Origin: Helicobacteraceae bacterium
GTDB taxonomy: Bacteria; Campylobacterota; Campylobacteria; Campylobacterales; Helicobacteraceae
Assembly (NCBI GenBank): GCA_900770765.1
Contig: CAAGLK010000025.1
Location: 2,388 to 66,387, forward strand
DNA: 64,000 bases
Direction of reading: 5' to 3'
Shown here: positions 9,147 to 18,163 of the stretch, piece by piece
Position numbering within the stretch: the stretch's first letter is position 1
How the letters are laid out: each line of letters begins with the position of its first letter
Translations under genes and position numbers: made by a program
The notes under the pieces: generated by a model
The model's database searches: none
Told to the model about the DNA's origin: nothing
Seen by the model: the letters and a program-made list of their open reading frames with translations, nothing else

Positions 9147-10175
9147 ATGAAAAATGAGGCGATTTTAAGAGTTGAAGAAGCTATAAAGGCTACAAAAAAT
9201 GGTGAAATGATAATTGTTATGGATGATGAGGATAGAGAAAATGAGGGGGATTTAGTGCTAGCTGGAATCTTTAGCACACCAGAAAAAATCAATTTTTTAG
9301 CACAAGAGGCAAGAGGGCTAATTTGTGTATCAATTACAAAAGAGCTTGCAAATAAACTTGACTTACCGCCAATGGTATCGCAAAATAGCTCAAATCATGA
9401 AACAGCTTTTACAATTTCAATTGACGCAAAAGAAGCAAAAACAGGAATCTCTGCTTATGAGCGGGATTTAACAATTCAGCTTATGTGTAAAAGCGGGGCG
9501 GCTCCTAGCGACTTTGTGCGGCCTGGACATATATTTCCCCTTATTGCAAAAGAGGGCGGTGTGCTAGAGAGAAGTGGGCATACAGAAGCTAGCGTGGATT
9601 TATGCCGCTTGGCTGGGTTAAAGCCTATTAGCGTAATTTGTGAGATTATGAGAGAAGATGGGCAAATGCCAGGGCGTGGTGATAAATTTTTAATAGAATT
9701 TGCAAAAAAGCATAATCTAAAGACGCTTTATGTGTCTGATTTAATAGAATATAGATTGCAATATGAAAATTTAATTAGCAAAATTTCTTGCGTGGATTCT
9801 AGCTTTTTAGGAGCTTGTGTTAAGCGGCTTGAATTTTGCGACCATTTAAATAGAGTGCATATTGTCTTTGCCTTTGGGGAGGCTAGGATTCCGCTTGTGA
9901 AATTTCACATTATTAAAAAAGATTTAGAATTATTAGAAAATGAAGTTTTATTTAATTCTTTAATGGAATCTATTAATTTACTTAAAAAAAATGGTGGATA
10001 TTTAATATTTTTAAGCGTGTCAAATAATAATGATATTAAGGGATTGGGTATTGGGGCGCAAATTTTAAAAGATTTAGGTGTAAATGATTTTAGGCTTTTG
10101 AGTCAATCAAAAATGCAAGATAGTGAGTATAGCGCGCTAAAAGGCTTTAATTTACGCATTGTGGAATCTGTATAA
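9147..10175 (+). CDS. ribBA: 3,4-dihydroxy-2-butanone-4-phosphate synthase (RibB domain with a C-terminal GTP-cyclohydrolase-II-like extension, RibBA-type)
   Basis: N-terminal VEEAIKA...IVMDDEDRENEGDL, RPGHIFPL and ERSGHTEASVDL are conserved DHBP synthase motifs. The C-terminal half is degenerate. Confidence 0.85.
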   Translation: MKNEAILRVEEAIKATKNGEMIIVMDDEDRENEGDLVLAGIFSTPEKINFLAQEARGLICVSITKELANKLDLPPMVSQNSSNHETAFTISIDAKEAKTGISAYERDLTIQLMCKSGAAPSDFVRPGHIFPLIAKEGGVLERSGHTEASVDLCRLAGLKPISVICEIMREDGQMPGRGDKFLIEFAKKHNLKTLYVSDLIEYRLQYENLISKISCVDSSFLGACVKRLEFCDHLNRVHIVFAFGEARIPLVKFHIIKKDLELLENEVLFNSLMESINLLKKNGGYLIFLSVSNNNDIKGLGIGAQILKDLGVNDFRLLSQSKMQDSEYSALKGFNLRIVESV

Positions 10176-10187
10176 ACTATAATGTTG

Positions 10188-10204
10188 TGGAATAAAAATT
10201 GCTT
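10188..10204 (+). promoter_or_regulatory. Sigma-54 (RpoN) promoter, TGGAAT-N5-TTGCTT (GG-N10-GC)
   Basis: TGGAATAAAAATTTGCTT-type -24/-12 element lies 37 nt upstream of the flgL ATG. rpoN is encoded in this same window. Confidence 0.6.
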
Positions 10205-10240
10205 ATAATCCTTTAAAATTTCCTTATTAAAGGGTAGAAA

Positions 10241-12904
10241 ATGCGTATTGGCACACATTCTAGATATACAATGCTGCAGTATAATCAAAACAAAACACAA
10301 AATTCTCTAAATAATGTCCTAACTCAAATGAACGGCTTAAAGATACAATATGGCTACCAGGATTCTAGCGTATTTAATAAAACTCTAGCGCTTGACTTTA
10401 ATGTAACAACACTAACACAAAGTAAAGAAATAGCATCAAACGCACTTACTTTCACGCGCCACACGGACACTGCCTTAAGTGAGCTTTCAAAAAGTATGGA
10501 TAATTTTAAAACAAAGCTAGTGCAAGGGGCAAATGATATTCATAGCGAAACTTCACGCCTTGCTATTGCAAAAGATTTAAAAGCTATTAGAGACCATTTT
10601 TTATCAATTGCAAATACTTCTATTGGCGGTGAGTATATCTTTAGCGGAAGTGCCACTACTACAAAGCCTTTTGGTGCAAATGGTGCTTATAATGGAAATA
10701 ATCAAGTATTAAACGCATTGCTTGGGTCAAATAATGAAGTGGCTTATAATATTACAGGTGCTGAGCTATTTTTTGGCTCTGATAATGATACAAATCGCAT
10801 AATTACTACAAATATAGGTAAATTTAATCAAAGCGAGTTAAATCCCGCGATTATGGATAAAAGCCACCCAACAGGGCAAGGGACGGAAGTGTATATTAAA
10901 GAAAGCGATACTTTAAGGGATTTAGTAGGCGATAATGATAGCGATACGACAAATAACCCTCCAGAAGTGTTTTATATCACAGGAAGAAAGCCAGATGGAA
11001 CTGCTTTTAAATCAAAATTTGAAATGGATATTAATTACACAGATGAAAAGCAAGCCGCAACAGTGGCGGATTTATTAGAAAAAATAGGCAAGGAATTTGG
11101 CAATACTGAGACTAGTAAGGTTGTAGATGTTAGCCTTAATGCGTGGGGACAAATTGAAATAAAAGATTTAAGCGGCGGACGCTCAAATATAGAATTTAGT
11201 ATGATTTCAAGCAGTTACAAGGACCCAAATAACGACCCAAACGCACAAAATCCGCTTCAAGGTGCCGATGGCGTTGGTGTGCTTGATATTGATGTGTTAT
11301 TAAATAGTGGTGTTAAGGTTAATTCCTATGTGCAAAGTCCATTTTTAGGCACTTTTGCTAGCCCTAGCATTACTTCGGTAGAAAATGATTATGACCATAG
11401 GCTACATACGATTCCAACTTCTTTTAGAACACATACTAATGAAGTAGCAAAAACAACTACGCTTCTAAGCGATATTTTTCCAGAAGGTGTTACGCAAATA
11501 GAGCTAAGTGGGACAAGAGGAAATGATGCAGATAAGAATCCGCAAAATCAAGCAATAGCGGCACAAACTTTTAATATCACTGCCACTTCTACGGTGCAAG
11601 ATTTAATGAATTCTATTTCTAATCTTTATGCGGGGAATGGGCAAAATGTTGAAGTGGAATTTGATAGCATAAGCGGCAAAATTACTATAAAAGATAATAA
11701 TGTAAGTCAAACAAATCCACCAGATAGAAACCCAGATGACTTGCCCTTTGATGGTGAAAGTTCTTTAAGTTTAACGCTTACCACACAAGATGCTAATGGT
11801 GCGGCTATAAATGGATTCCGCCATGATTATAGTGTGGAGTTTGATAGGGTTAGCTTTAGCAGAGAAGGGGGGACGCTTACTTCAAATGTAGCTCAAATTG
11901 TAAGGGATACAAATGAAATTGCAACAATGAATACAAAGCTAAGCGAAGTGGCTGGAGCTGGATTAAATGGGCATACTTATAATTTTGAAGTTAAAGATGT
12001 AAATGGAATCGCAATTAATGGACGCATTGAATTTAGAGATGCTGGAAGTGTGTTTATTATAGATTCTCCAGCACAAATTAATGGGGTGGATATTGATGGG
12101 ATTGAGATTCCAATACTGCAAGCTAATGGTAATCCACCGCAAGTCTCAGGCGAACCTACAAGTGCGGATAATGTTACCTATAAGCAACTTAGCGATACTT
12201 TAGGTATGATATTAAATCTAAGTAATTCTACGCCGGCTAATTTAACTGCTATTACAAATAATGGTGCTGGTAATGCTAACTTTAACACTCCAGCAAATAA
12301 ACTAGCCTATGAGGAATTATTAAAAGGTGCTAGTTATAGTGTTAGCGTTAAGTTAAATGTGGATGGGGAGCTTGAGGTGAAAGATTTAAGTAAAGTTCCT
12401 ACACAAATGGAATTATCGCTATATGATTCTACAAGCGATTTATACGCACTTAATGCAAATGGGCAAATAGCAGGGCAGCGACCGGCTTTGACATTTCAAT
12501 CAAATAGTGCAGTGGTAGCAGATGACCCACATGTGAATTTCTTTAAACAAATTGATGAAATGATTGAAGCGCTAGAGGCGGGGACTTACCGCGCTGGTGG
12601 TGTGGATAATTATAGCGATGCAATGCGGAATCCTGGAATCCAAAACGCCCTTTTACTATTTGACCACTTAAGCGACCATGTGGAAAAGGCACATACAAAA
12701 AATGGCGCACAAGGAAATGCTTTTACTTATTCAATTGAACGCACAGAGACGCTTATAACGCAAGTTAAGACGCTAAGGAGTGAGACTATTGATACTGACT
12801 TTGCCGAGGCTTATTTGCAGTTTTCAACGCTTAGTTTAAATTATCAAGCGATGCTTTCAAGCATTGGTAAAATTTCACAATTATCGCTTGTTAATTATTT
12901 GTAG
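10241..12904 (+). CDS. flgL: Flagellar hook-associated protein 3 (FlgL, long epsilonproteobacterial form)
   Basis: 887 aa. N-terminal flagellin-N-like heptads (LKIQYGYQDSSVFNKTL...) and C-terminal flagellin-C-like helix (LQFSTLSLNYQAMLSSIGKISQLSLVNYL). Confidence 0.8.
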   Translation: MRIGTHSRYTMLQYNQNKTQNSLNNVLTQMNGLKIQYGYQDSSVFNKTLALDFNVTTLTQSKEIASNALTFTRHTDTALSELSKSMDNFKTKLVQGANDIHSETSRLAIAKDLKAIRDHFLSIANTSIGGEYIFSGSATTTKPFGANGAYNGNNQVLNALLGSNNEVAYNITGAELFFGSDNDTNRIITTNIGKFNQSELNPAIMDKSHPTGQGTEVYIKESDTLRDLVGDNDSDTTNNPPEVFYITGRKPDGTAFKSKFEMDINYTDEKQAATVADLLEKIGKEFGNTETSKVVDVSLNAWGQIEIKDLSGGRSNIEFSMISSSYKDPNNDPNAQNPLQGADGVGVLDIDVLLNSGVKVNSYVQSPFLGTFASPSITSVENDYDHRLHTIPTSFRTHTNEVAKTTTLLSDIFPEGVTQIELSGTRGNDADKNPQNQAIAAQTFNITATSTVQDLMNSISNLYAGNGQNVEVEFDSISGKITIKDNNVSQTNPPDRNPDDLPFDGESSLSLTLTTQDANGAAINGFRHDYSVEFDRVSFSREGGTLTSNVAQIVRDTNEIATMNTKLSEVAGAGLNGHTYNFEVKDVNGIAINGRIEFRDAGSVFIIDSPAQINGVDIDGIEIPILQANGNPPQVSGEPTSADNVTYKQLSDTLGMILNLSNSTPANLTAITNNGAGNANFNTPANKLAYEELLKGASYSVSVKLNVDGELEVKDLSKVPTQMELSLYDSTSDLYALNANGQIAGQRPALTFQSNSAVVADDPHVNFFKQIDEMIEALEAGTYRAGGVDNYSDAMRNPGIQNALLLFDHLSDHVEKAHTKNGAQGNAFTYSIERTETLITQVKTLRSETIDTDFAEAYLQFSTLSLNYQAMLSSIGKISQLSLVNYL

Positions 12905-12936
12905 TTTTGTTTTTTTGTGTTGGTATGGATTTGTGT

Positions 12937-12982
12937 GCATTTTGCGTTAGCAAAATGGGTTAAATTTAAATAAAAAACCGCT
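12937..12982. repeat. 45-bp interspersed repeat copy 1, containing palindrome TTTTGCGTTAGCAAAA
   Basis: GCATTTTGCGTTAGCAAAATGGGTTAAAT(TT/C)AAATAAAAAACCGCT recurs at 55953..55997. Confidence 0.8.
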
Positions 12983-13013
12983 AAAAGCGTGCTAGGGGTT
13001 TGGGGGGATTCTT

Positions 13014-13062
13014 AAGGGGGGATAAGGGGAGCGCTTCGCAAGTAGTTCCCCTTGTCCCCCCT
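13014..13062 (+). terminator. GC-rich hairpin after flgL (17-bp stem AAGGGGGGATAAGGGGA / TCCCCTTGTCCCCCCTT, 16-nt loop) followed by a T-rich tract
   Basis: Near-perfect inverted repeat with one mismatch, in an otherwise AT-rich spacer. TATTTTTGG lies downstream. Confidence 0.4.
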
Positions 13063-13116
13063 TGAGCTAGCGGAGCTAAATATTTTTGGATTTAAAATTA
13101 AAAAACTACTAAATTA

Positions 13117-13132
13117 TTTTTGCTAACGCAAA
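13117..13132. repeat. Third copy of the TTTTGC-N4-GCAAAA palindrome (center inverted: TTTTGCTAACGCAAAA)
   Basis: Exact reverse-complement form of the palindrome at 12941 and 55957. Confidence 0.7.
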
Positions 13133-13185
13133 ATGCTATGAATCCTAGCGGATTCTAGCAATGATGGAATCCTATTTGTCATTGC

Positions 13186-13335
13186 AAGAGAGCGGAAGCG
13201 TAACGAAGCAATCTAACTTTTTAAGCATTAAAAAAATGTTTTTGCAAATATAAAGCGTTGGATTGCCACAACTTGCTACCGCAAGTCTCGCAATGACAGA
13301 GTGGGAAAGTTGTGTGATACTCGCAATGACGGAAG
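13186..13335. repeat. REP-like 'GTCATTGCAAG / CTCGCAATGAC' repeat cluster (copy region A)
   Basis: GTCATTGCAAG, CTTGCTACCGCAAGTCTCGCAATGAC and CTCGCAATGAC motifs are shared with 52605..52945. Confidence 0.7.
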
Positions 13336-13349
13336 GCCTATAAAATGGC

Positions 13350-13679
13350 TTAAATAGAAATATCTAAATGTGCTATTGTGCCATCGGTGTTTTTTTCTAT
13401 AATGTCTTTTTCGCTGGACTCCTTGGAATCCTCTTTGTTGGAATCCTTTTTATCATCTTCATCTTTTTCTTCTTTGCCATTTCCTTCTTTTTCATCTTTT
13501 ACTTCAAGTGTTTCTTCTGTGGGGCGGACTTCTTGAATTTCGTCTTGCTTTTCTTGCATTGTTTGTAGATTTATCATAGATTGAAAATCTTGTTTTATTT
13601 GTGTGTTTGCATGCTGGGCTGAGCCTACTTGTGCGTTTTGATTAATGTAGGTTACATTGCCTATTGGTGAGACTGCCAT
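13350..13679 (-). CDS. Hypothetical acidic Lys/Glu/Asp-rich protein (109 aa)
   Basis: Intact ORF downstream of the NFACT gene with a 38-nt overlap. C-terminal two-thirds is low-complexity KE/D-rich. Confidence 0.45.
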   Translation of the reverse strand: MAVSPIGNVTYINQNAQVGSAQHANTQIKQDFQSMINLQTMQEKQDEIQEVRPTEETLEVKDEKEGNGKEEKDEDDKKDSNKEDSKESSEKDIIEKNTDGTIAHLDISI

Positions 13680-15009
13680 TTGAATCCTTTTTTAAATCTA
13701 GCGTCTGCTCTTTTCCATAAGTTACGCTAGCGCCTTGCGTGATTTTAACAAATTTGCGCTTTGTGTAGTCTATTGTATAGTTTGCGCCTGTATTTTTTGT
13801 AAAACCCATTAAAATATTTGCCGCCTTTTGTAAGATTATAGCAGATAGCTTTGCTTTGCCGCTGTGGATTATGCAGTGTGAGCTTGGGATTCCTCTTATA
13901 TGCATCCATATATCATCGGCTTTTGCGTCTTTTAAAAGGGCTATATTTTCTTTTTCATTTTTGCCTATTGATACCTTAAAGCCTTCTATAAAAAAGCTCT
14001 CATATTGTCGCTCTTTATCGGTATTTTTATGCTTTGTTTCTTTTGTTTTGTTGGAATCTAAAATTTGCAAATCGTTTATATTTGTTACTTTTTGTATCAT
14101 TTTCTCTAATTGTTCGTAAAAGGTGATTTTTTCTTTTAAATTTTCTTCTTGTATGTGAATGTTTTTTGCTTTTTTGCTTAGCTTTTTGCTTTGTGTAAAA
14201 AATATTTGTGCTGCATTGCTAAGATTAGCGGAATCTTTAGGAAGTGTTATTTCTATGTTATCAAGCATTATTTTATCGCCTTTAAAATCCTTGTGTAGAT
14301 ATAGGTTTTTTATGATAAGTTGTCCTAAATTAGCTAGCTCTTGTGCTTTTTTCTCTAAGTTTTGCCTATTTTCTAGCTTTTGTAAATGTAAGTTTAGTTG
14401 TGAGATTTTATTTTTAATATAGTTTAGTGAATTTTGCTTTTTTACTTCTAATTCTTTTGCTTTTAGTTTATTAAAATTTTCTCTTAATGCGCTAAAGAGT
14501 TCGCCATTGTCTTTTATGGTTGGAATCTTTTTTGGCTGTGGCAAATCTAAAAGCGGCTTGTTTATTTTAACTTCTCTAAAAGATTGCTCTTTTGTTATGT
14601 GTCGCAATGCGTCTAAAATTATTTTATTAGAATCTAGTAAGATTAAGTTTGTATTGCGACCTGTGAATTCTATTTGCATAGTTGTATTTATGCTTTTATA
14701 GCTGTTTTGCAAACTTAAATTTATCTTTAAAATGCGGTTGTAGCCGTCTAGCTTTGCTTCTAAAATTAGTGCATTAAAACATAGCTTTTGCAAACTTATA
14801 TCAAAAGGGGCGTTGTAGAGTCTAGGCGATAATAAAAGCTCATCTGTTATAAAAATATTAGATTTCCCTCTAGTTAAATCTATGTAAAAAAGCTCTCCAT
14901 TAATATCTAGCTTAAATAAATTATCGCCGATTCTATAAATTTTTCTTAACTTTAGCGGAGGATTCTGTGTAAGATAAGCACTAAATTTTTGTAATAAATC
15001 TAATTGCAT
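13642..15009 (-). CDS. Fibronectin/fibrinogen-binding protein homolog (NFACT family, RqcH/FbpA-like)
   Basis: 455 aa. C-terminal NFACT-R/DUF814-like region DDIWMHIRGIPSSHCII. Confidence 0.75.
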   Translation of the reverse strand: MQLDLLQKFSAYLTQNPPLKLRKIYRIGDNLFKLDINGELFYIDLTRGKSNIFITDELLLSPRLYNAPFDISLQKLCFNALILEAKLDGYNRILKINLSLQNSYKSINTTMQIEFTGRNTNLILLDSNKIILDALRHITKEQSFREVKINKPLLDLPQPKKIPTIKDNGELFSALRENFNKLKAKELEVKKQNSLNYIKNKISQLNLHLQKLENRQNLEKKAQELANLGQLIIKNLYLHKDFKGDKIMLDNIEITLPKDSANLSNAAQIFFTQSKKLSKKAKNIHIQEENLKEKITFYEQLEKMIQKVTNINDLQILDSNKTKETKHKNTDKERQYESFFIEGFKVSIGKNEKENIALLKDAKADDIWMHIRGIPSSHCIIHSGKAKLSAIILQKAANILMGFTKNTGANYTIDYTKRKFVKITQGASVTYGKEQTLDLKKDSNGSLTNRQCNLH

Positions 15010-15018
15010 TTAGCTTCT

Positions 15019-16563
15019 CTAAATGGTGGAATCTAGCCGCTTAGTGGCGAAGTCTATGGCTTCTTTTGTGATTGTATCACCGCTTATCATCCTTGCTATT
15101 TCTTGGATTCTGCCTTGTTTATCTAGTGGGGTGATTGTGGAAGTTTTTTCGCCTTTTTTTACTAAAAAGTGTAAATCTGCTAGGCTTGGCATGTGCGGCT
15201 GGTGTGAAATGGCAAAAACTTGATAATTTTTTGAAAGTTGTTTTAGTGCTTTTGCTACGCCCTCTGATTCCTCTCCGCTTAAGTTTGCATCCACTTCGTC
15301 TAAAATTATAACTGCTTCTTGTGTCGCTGTGCTTTTGGTTAAAAGAAGTGCTAGACGCATTCGGTTAAACTCGCCAGCGCTTAGGTTTTTTAACTCTCCA
15401 TTAATGCTAATTTTAAGCTCGGCATTTCCTAAGTGGCTAAAGGATTCTAGCTTATTTAAAGTAACTTTTGCGTTTGGCATTTTTAGCGATTTTAATGCGG
15501 CATTTAGCGTTTTTTCAAACTCGCTTAAGTGCTTTTCTCGCTGTTTTAATAGGGATTCTGCCTTTTGTGATAAATCTTTACTTGCTTTGTCAAATTTAGT
15601 CTGTGTTTCTTTTAAGATGGAATCTAAATTTTCATAAGTTTTTAACTCTTGCTTTTTAGCTTCTAAATACTCTAGCGCTTCATTTACGCCACCATAGCGA
15701 TGTTTAAGGCTGCTTAGAGATTCTAAGCGATTTAGAATCTCTTCTGCATTAAAGTCGCTTAGCTCTTGTAGCCTTTGAGATTCTTCTTCGCATAGCATTT
15801 CTAGGGCGTTTAGGGATTCTAGGATTTGATTTTCTTCTTTATTTATTAATTTTAAAAAATTAGCCACTTTGTAGCTGTGGCTTAGGAAGTTTTGCACTTC
15901 TTGCAAACTATCTTCTATTTTTTCTTTTTTTGAAATTTCTTTTTTTAATTCTAATAGCTCTTCGTATTCTCCTACTTTTGGGTTTAAGGATTCTAGCTTT
16001 TGTATTTCAAAACTTACAAATTCTTTTAATTCCGCTACTTTTAGTGCGTCATCTTGTAATTTTTCTAACTCTTTTTTGATTTTATTGAAATTTTCAAAAG
16101 CCTTTTTGTAATTATCTAAAAATACAAAATGATTTTTGTCTTTACTAGCACAGAAGGAATCTAGGGTTAAAAATAAATTTGCTTCACTTGTGGCATCTAG
16201 CGATTTTGTGCCTAAATGCTTTAAAAAAGGTGAAAAAAGCTCGACTATTTTCTTTTTAGGAATATTTTGCGCGTTTATAAAATATCGCACTTTGTCGTTT
16301 TTGCTAAGGGTTAAAATAACCTCGCCTTCTTCTAGTAAGCCTTCAAATTCGCTTGGGATTCCGCTTAACTCTAGCGTGGCTTCTAGTAGCTTTGCGTTTG
16401 TTTCTTTAAGTCCAAAAAGTGCTAAGATGGAATCCATAAGCACGGATTTCCCAGCTCCACTAGCTCCACTAAATACATTAAAATTTAAATGCGGATAAAG
16501 TGTGGCTTCCTTAAATGCTGGTGAGTCTTTAATTAGAATCTTTTTTATAATTAGTTTTTGCAT
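15019..16563 (-). CDS. recN: DNA repair protein RecN
   Basis: Walker A FSGASGAGKSVLMDSI, long coiled-coil, C-terminal SMC signature region. The start ATG at 16563 overlaps the nadK stop (TAATG). Confidence 0.85.
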   Translation of the reverse strand: MQKLIIKKILIKDSPAFKEATLYPHLNFNVFSGASGAGKSVLMDSILALFGLKETNAKLLEATLELSGIPSEFEGLLEEGEVILTLSKNDKVRYFINAQNIPKKKIVELFSPFLKHLGTKSLDATSEANLFLTLDSFCASKDKNHFVFLDNYKKAFENFNKIKKELEKLQDDALKVAELKEFVSFEIQKLESLNPKVGEYEELLELKKEISKKEKIEDSLQEVQNFLSHSYKVANFLKLINKEENQILESLNALEMLCEEESQRLQELSDFNAEEILNRLESLSSLKHRYGGVNEALEYLEAKKQELKTYENLDSILKETQTKFDKASKDLSQKAESLLKQREKHLSEFEKTLNAALKSLKMPNAKVTLNKLESFSHLGNAELKISINGELKNLSAGEFNRMRLALLLTKSTATQEAVIILDEVDANLSGEESEGVAKALKQLSKNYQVFAISHQPHMPSLADLHFLVKKGEKTSTITPLDKQGRIQEIARMISGDTITKEAIDFATKRLDSTI

Positions 16564-17420
16564 TATTCTACATCTCCCCAATGGAATTTTTCTTTTAGAA
16601 TCTTAAAATAGTTCCATTGTGGGCTGTGGATTAGCTTTGCGGCGTCTCTAAGTGTTTTTATTGTTAATGTTTTTTTAAAATTTAGCGGTTTGCTTTCTTG
16701 CCCATCTATTATTACTCCACAATAGCCTTCTTCGCCTAGCTGGACACTTATTGTAAAATCGCTAGGTAAAATTAGCGGTCGCTGTGTTAGAGAGTGTGCA
16801 CAAATTGGCGTCAAAAGAATATTTTGTGAAAATGGATATACAACTGCCCCACCAGCACTTATATTATACGCAGTAGAGCCTGTTGGCGTAGCGATAATTA
16901 GCCCATCGCCAAAGTAGGCGTTAAAATATTCATCATTTACAAATGCTTTTAAAAAAATCATTCCAGCATCATTTGGACGCATTAAGATAATATCATTTAA
17001 GGCTACAAATTTATCTCCATCTATATCGCCTTGTAACATCATATGGCTTTCAATGCGGTATTCGCCGCTTTTTAGATTTGGCAAAAATGCTTTTACTTCA
17101 TCTTTTTGTAAATCTGTTAAGAATCCTAAATTGCCCATATTTATGCCTAAAATTGGCAAATTAAAAGGGAAGGAGCGCCTAGCGGTAGAAATTAGCGTCC
17201 CATCGCCGCCTATTGAAACTAGCGCATCGGCTTCTTTGCATAATGTCTCAAATTGCATTCCATGCATGCCTATCATTCCGGCGCTTATGGAATCTAAAAT
17301 TACTCTAAAGCCAGATTCTAAGGCTAGTTTTTGAAATTCTAAAAAATAGCTTTTAAGCTCTGGTGTTGATGGGCGTAAAAGGACGCCTAGCGTGTGAAGT
17401 GGTGGATTCTTAAGCTGCAT
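16563..17420 (-). CDS. nadK: NAD+ kinase
   Basis: GGDGTLISTARR motif and NAD-kinase C-terminal fold motifs (ATPTGSTAYNISAGG). Confidence 0.85.
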   Translation of the reverse strand: MQLKNPPLHTLGVLLRPSTPELKSYFLEFQKLALESGFRVILDSISAGMIGMHGMQFETLCKEADALVSIGGDGTLISTARRSFPFNLPILGINMGNLGFLTDLQKDEVKAFLPNLKSGEYRIESHMMLQGDIDGDKFVALNDIILMRPNDAGMIFLKAFVNDEYFNAYFGDGLIIATPTGSTAYNISAGGAVVYPFSQNILLTPICAHSLTQRPLILPSDFTISVQLGEEGYCGVIIDGQESKPLNFKKTLTIKTLRDAAKLIHSPQWNYFKILKEKFHWGDVE

Positions 17421-17421
17421 T

Positions 17422-18153
17422 TTATTCTACAAAATATGCTTTTATTTTATAGCCTCTTTTGTTTTCAAGCTGTAAGCTTGGTCCTTCAAATGCTGTGGCG
17501 TTTGGTAATTTTGCATTAATTTCTCTAATAGCACTCCACGCTCTAAAGCTAGCTAAGCCCTCTTGCTTTAACTCTGGGCTTAGACCGCGATAGGGGTTAG
17601 TATCTACTACGCCTTGAATCTCAAAAGCGACAACTTTTTTATCATTTTCTAATTCTGCATTTACTTTTGTAGCAATAGCTAAAAGACAGCTTTTAGGTAT
17701 ATCCCAGCTGCCTATTTGCATAGAATAGCACTCGGCTACTATTTGCTTTTTAGGCTTAATGCTATAGCGGAGTTTTGTAGCGATATTTGCACTTTTTGAT
17801 TGAATCTCTTGGACGCTTGTGCTTAAGCCTTGCACTGAGTTAGCTAAGGCGGCTACTTCTTTTTCTTTTTGATAAAGGGCATCTTGTAGGCGGCGGATTT
17901 CATCATCTTTTGCATTTTCGCTTTGTGGTAAGGTTTGCACTAAATGCGATGGTTGGAATCCTAAGGTGCTTTTTATTTTATCTAAAAGTGTTATAGCGTT
18001 TGGTTGCTGTAAAAAATAATATCCACTGCCTAAGAGTAGTAAAACTAAAAGCACAATTAATGCTAAATATGGTAAGAAATTACTATGCTTTGGGGCTTTT
18101 TTAGATTCTAGCTCCACTTTTATTTCTGGGATTTCTTGTTTATTTGTTTCCAT
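17422..18153 (-). CDS. Membrane-anchored coiled-coil protein with an OmpA/MotB-like C-terminal domain (putative)
   Basis: N-terminal TM (LPYLALIVLLVLLLL) and coiled coil. C-terminal GVVDTNPYRGLSPELKQEGLASFRAWS resembles the OmpA-like TD..N..LS..RA pattern. Confidence 0.45.
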   Translation of the reverse strand: METNKQEIPEIKVELESKKAPKHSNFLPYLALIVLLVLLLLGSGYYFLQQPNAITLLDKIKSTLGFQPSHLVQTLPQSENAKDDEIRRLQDALYQKEKEVAALANSVQGLSTSVQEIQSKSANIATKLRYSIKPKKQIVAECYSMQIGSWDIPKSCLLAIATKVNAELENDKKVVAFEIQGVVDTNPYRGLSPELKQEGLASFRAWSAIREINAKLPNATAFEGPSLQLENKRGYKIKAYFVE

Positions 18154-18163
18154 TTTTACTCCT

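Noticed and set aside
13368-13568. ORF encoding a Phe-rich 66-aa peptide antisense to the acidic protein gene
   Set aside because: It is the complement of a GAA/AAA-rich coding stretch, which gives poly-Phe. It is not a plausible protein.
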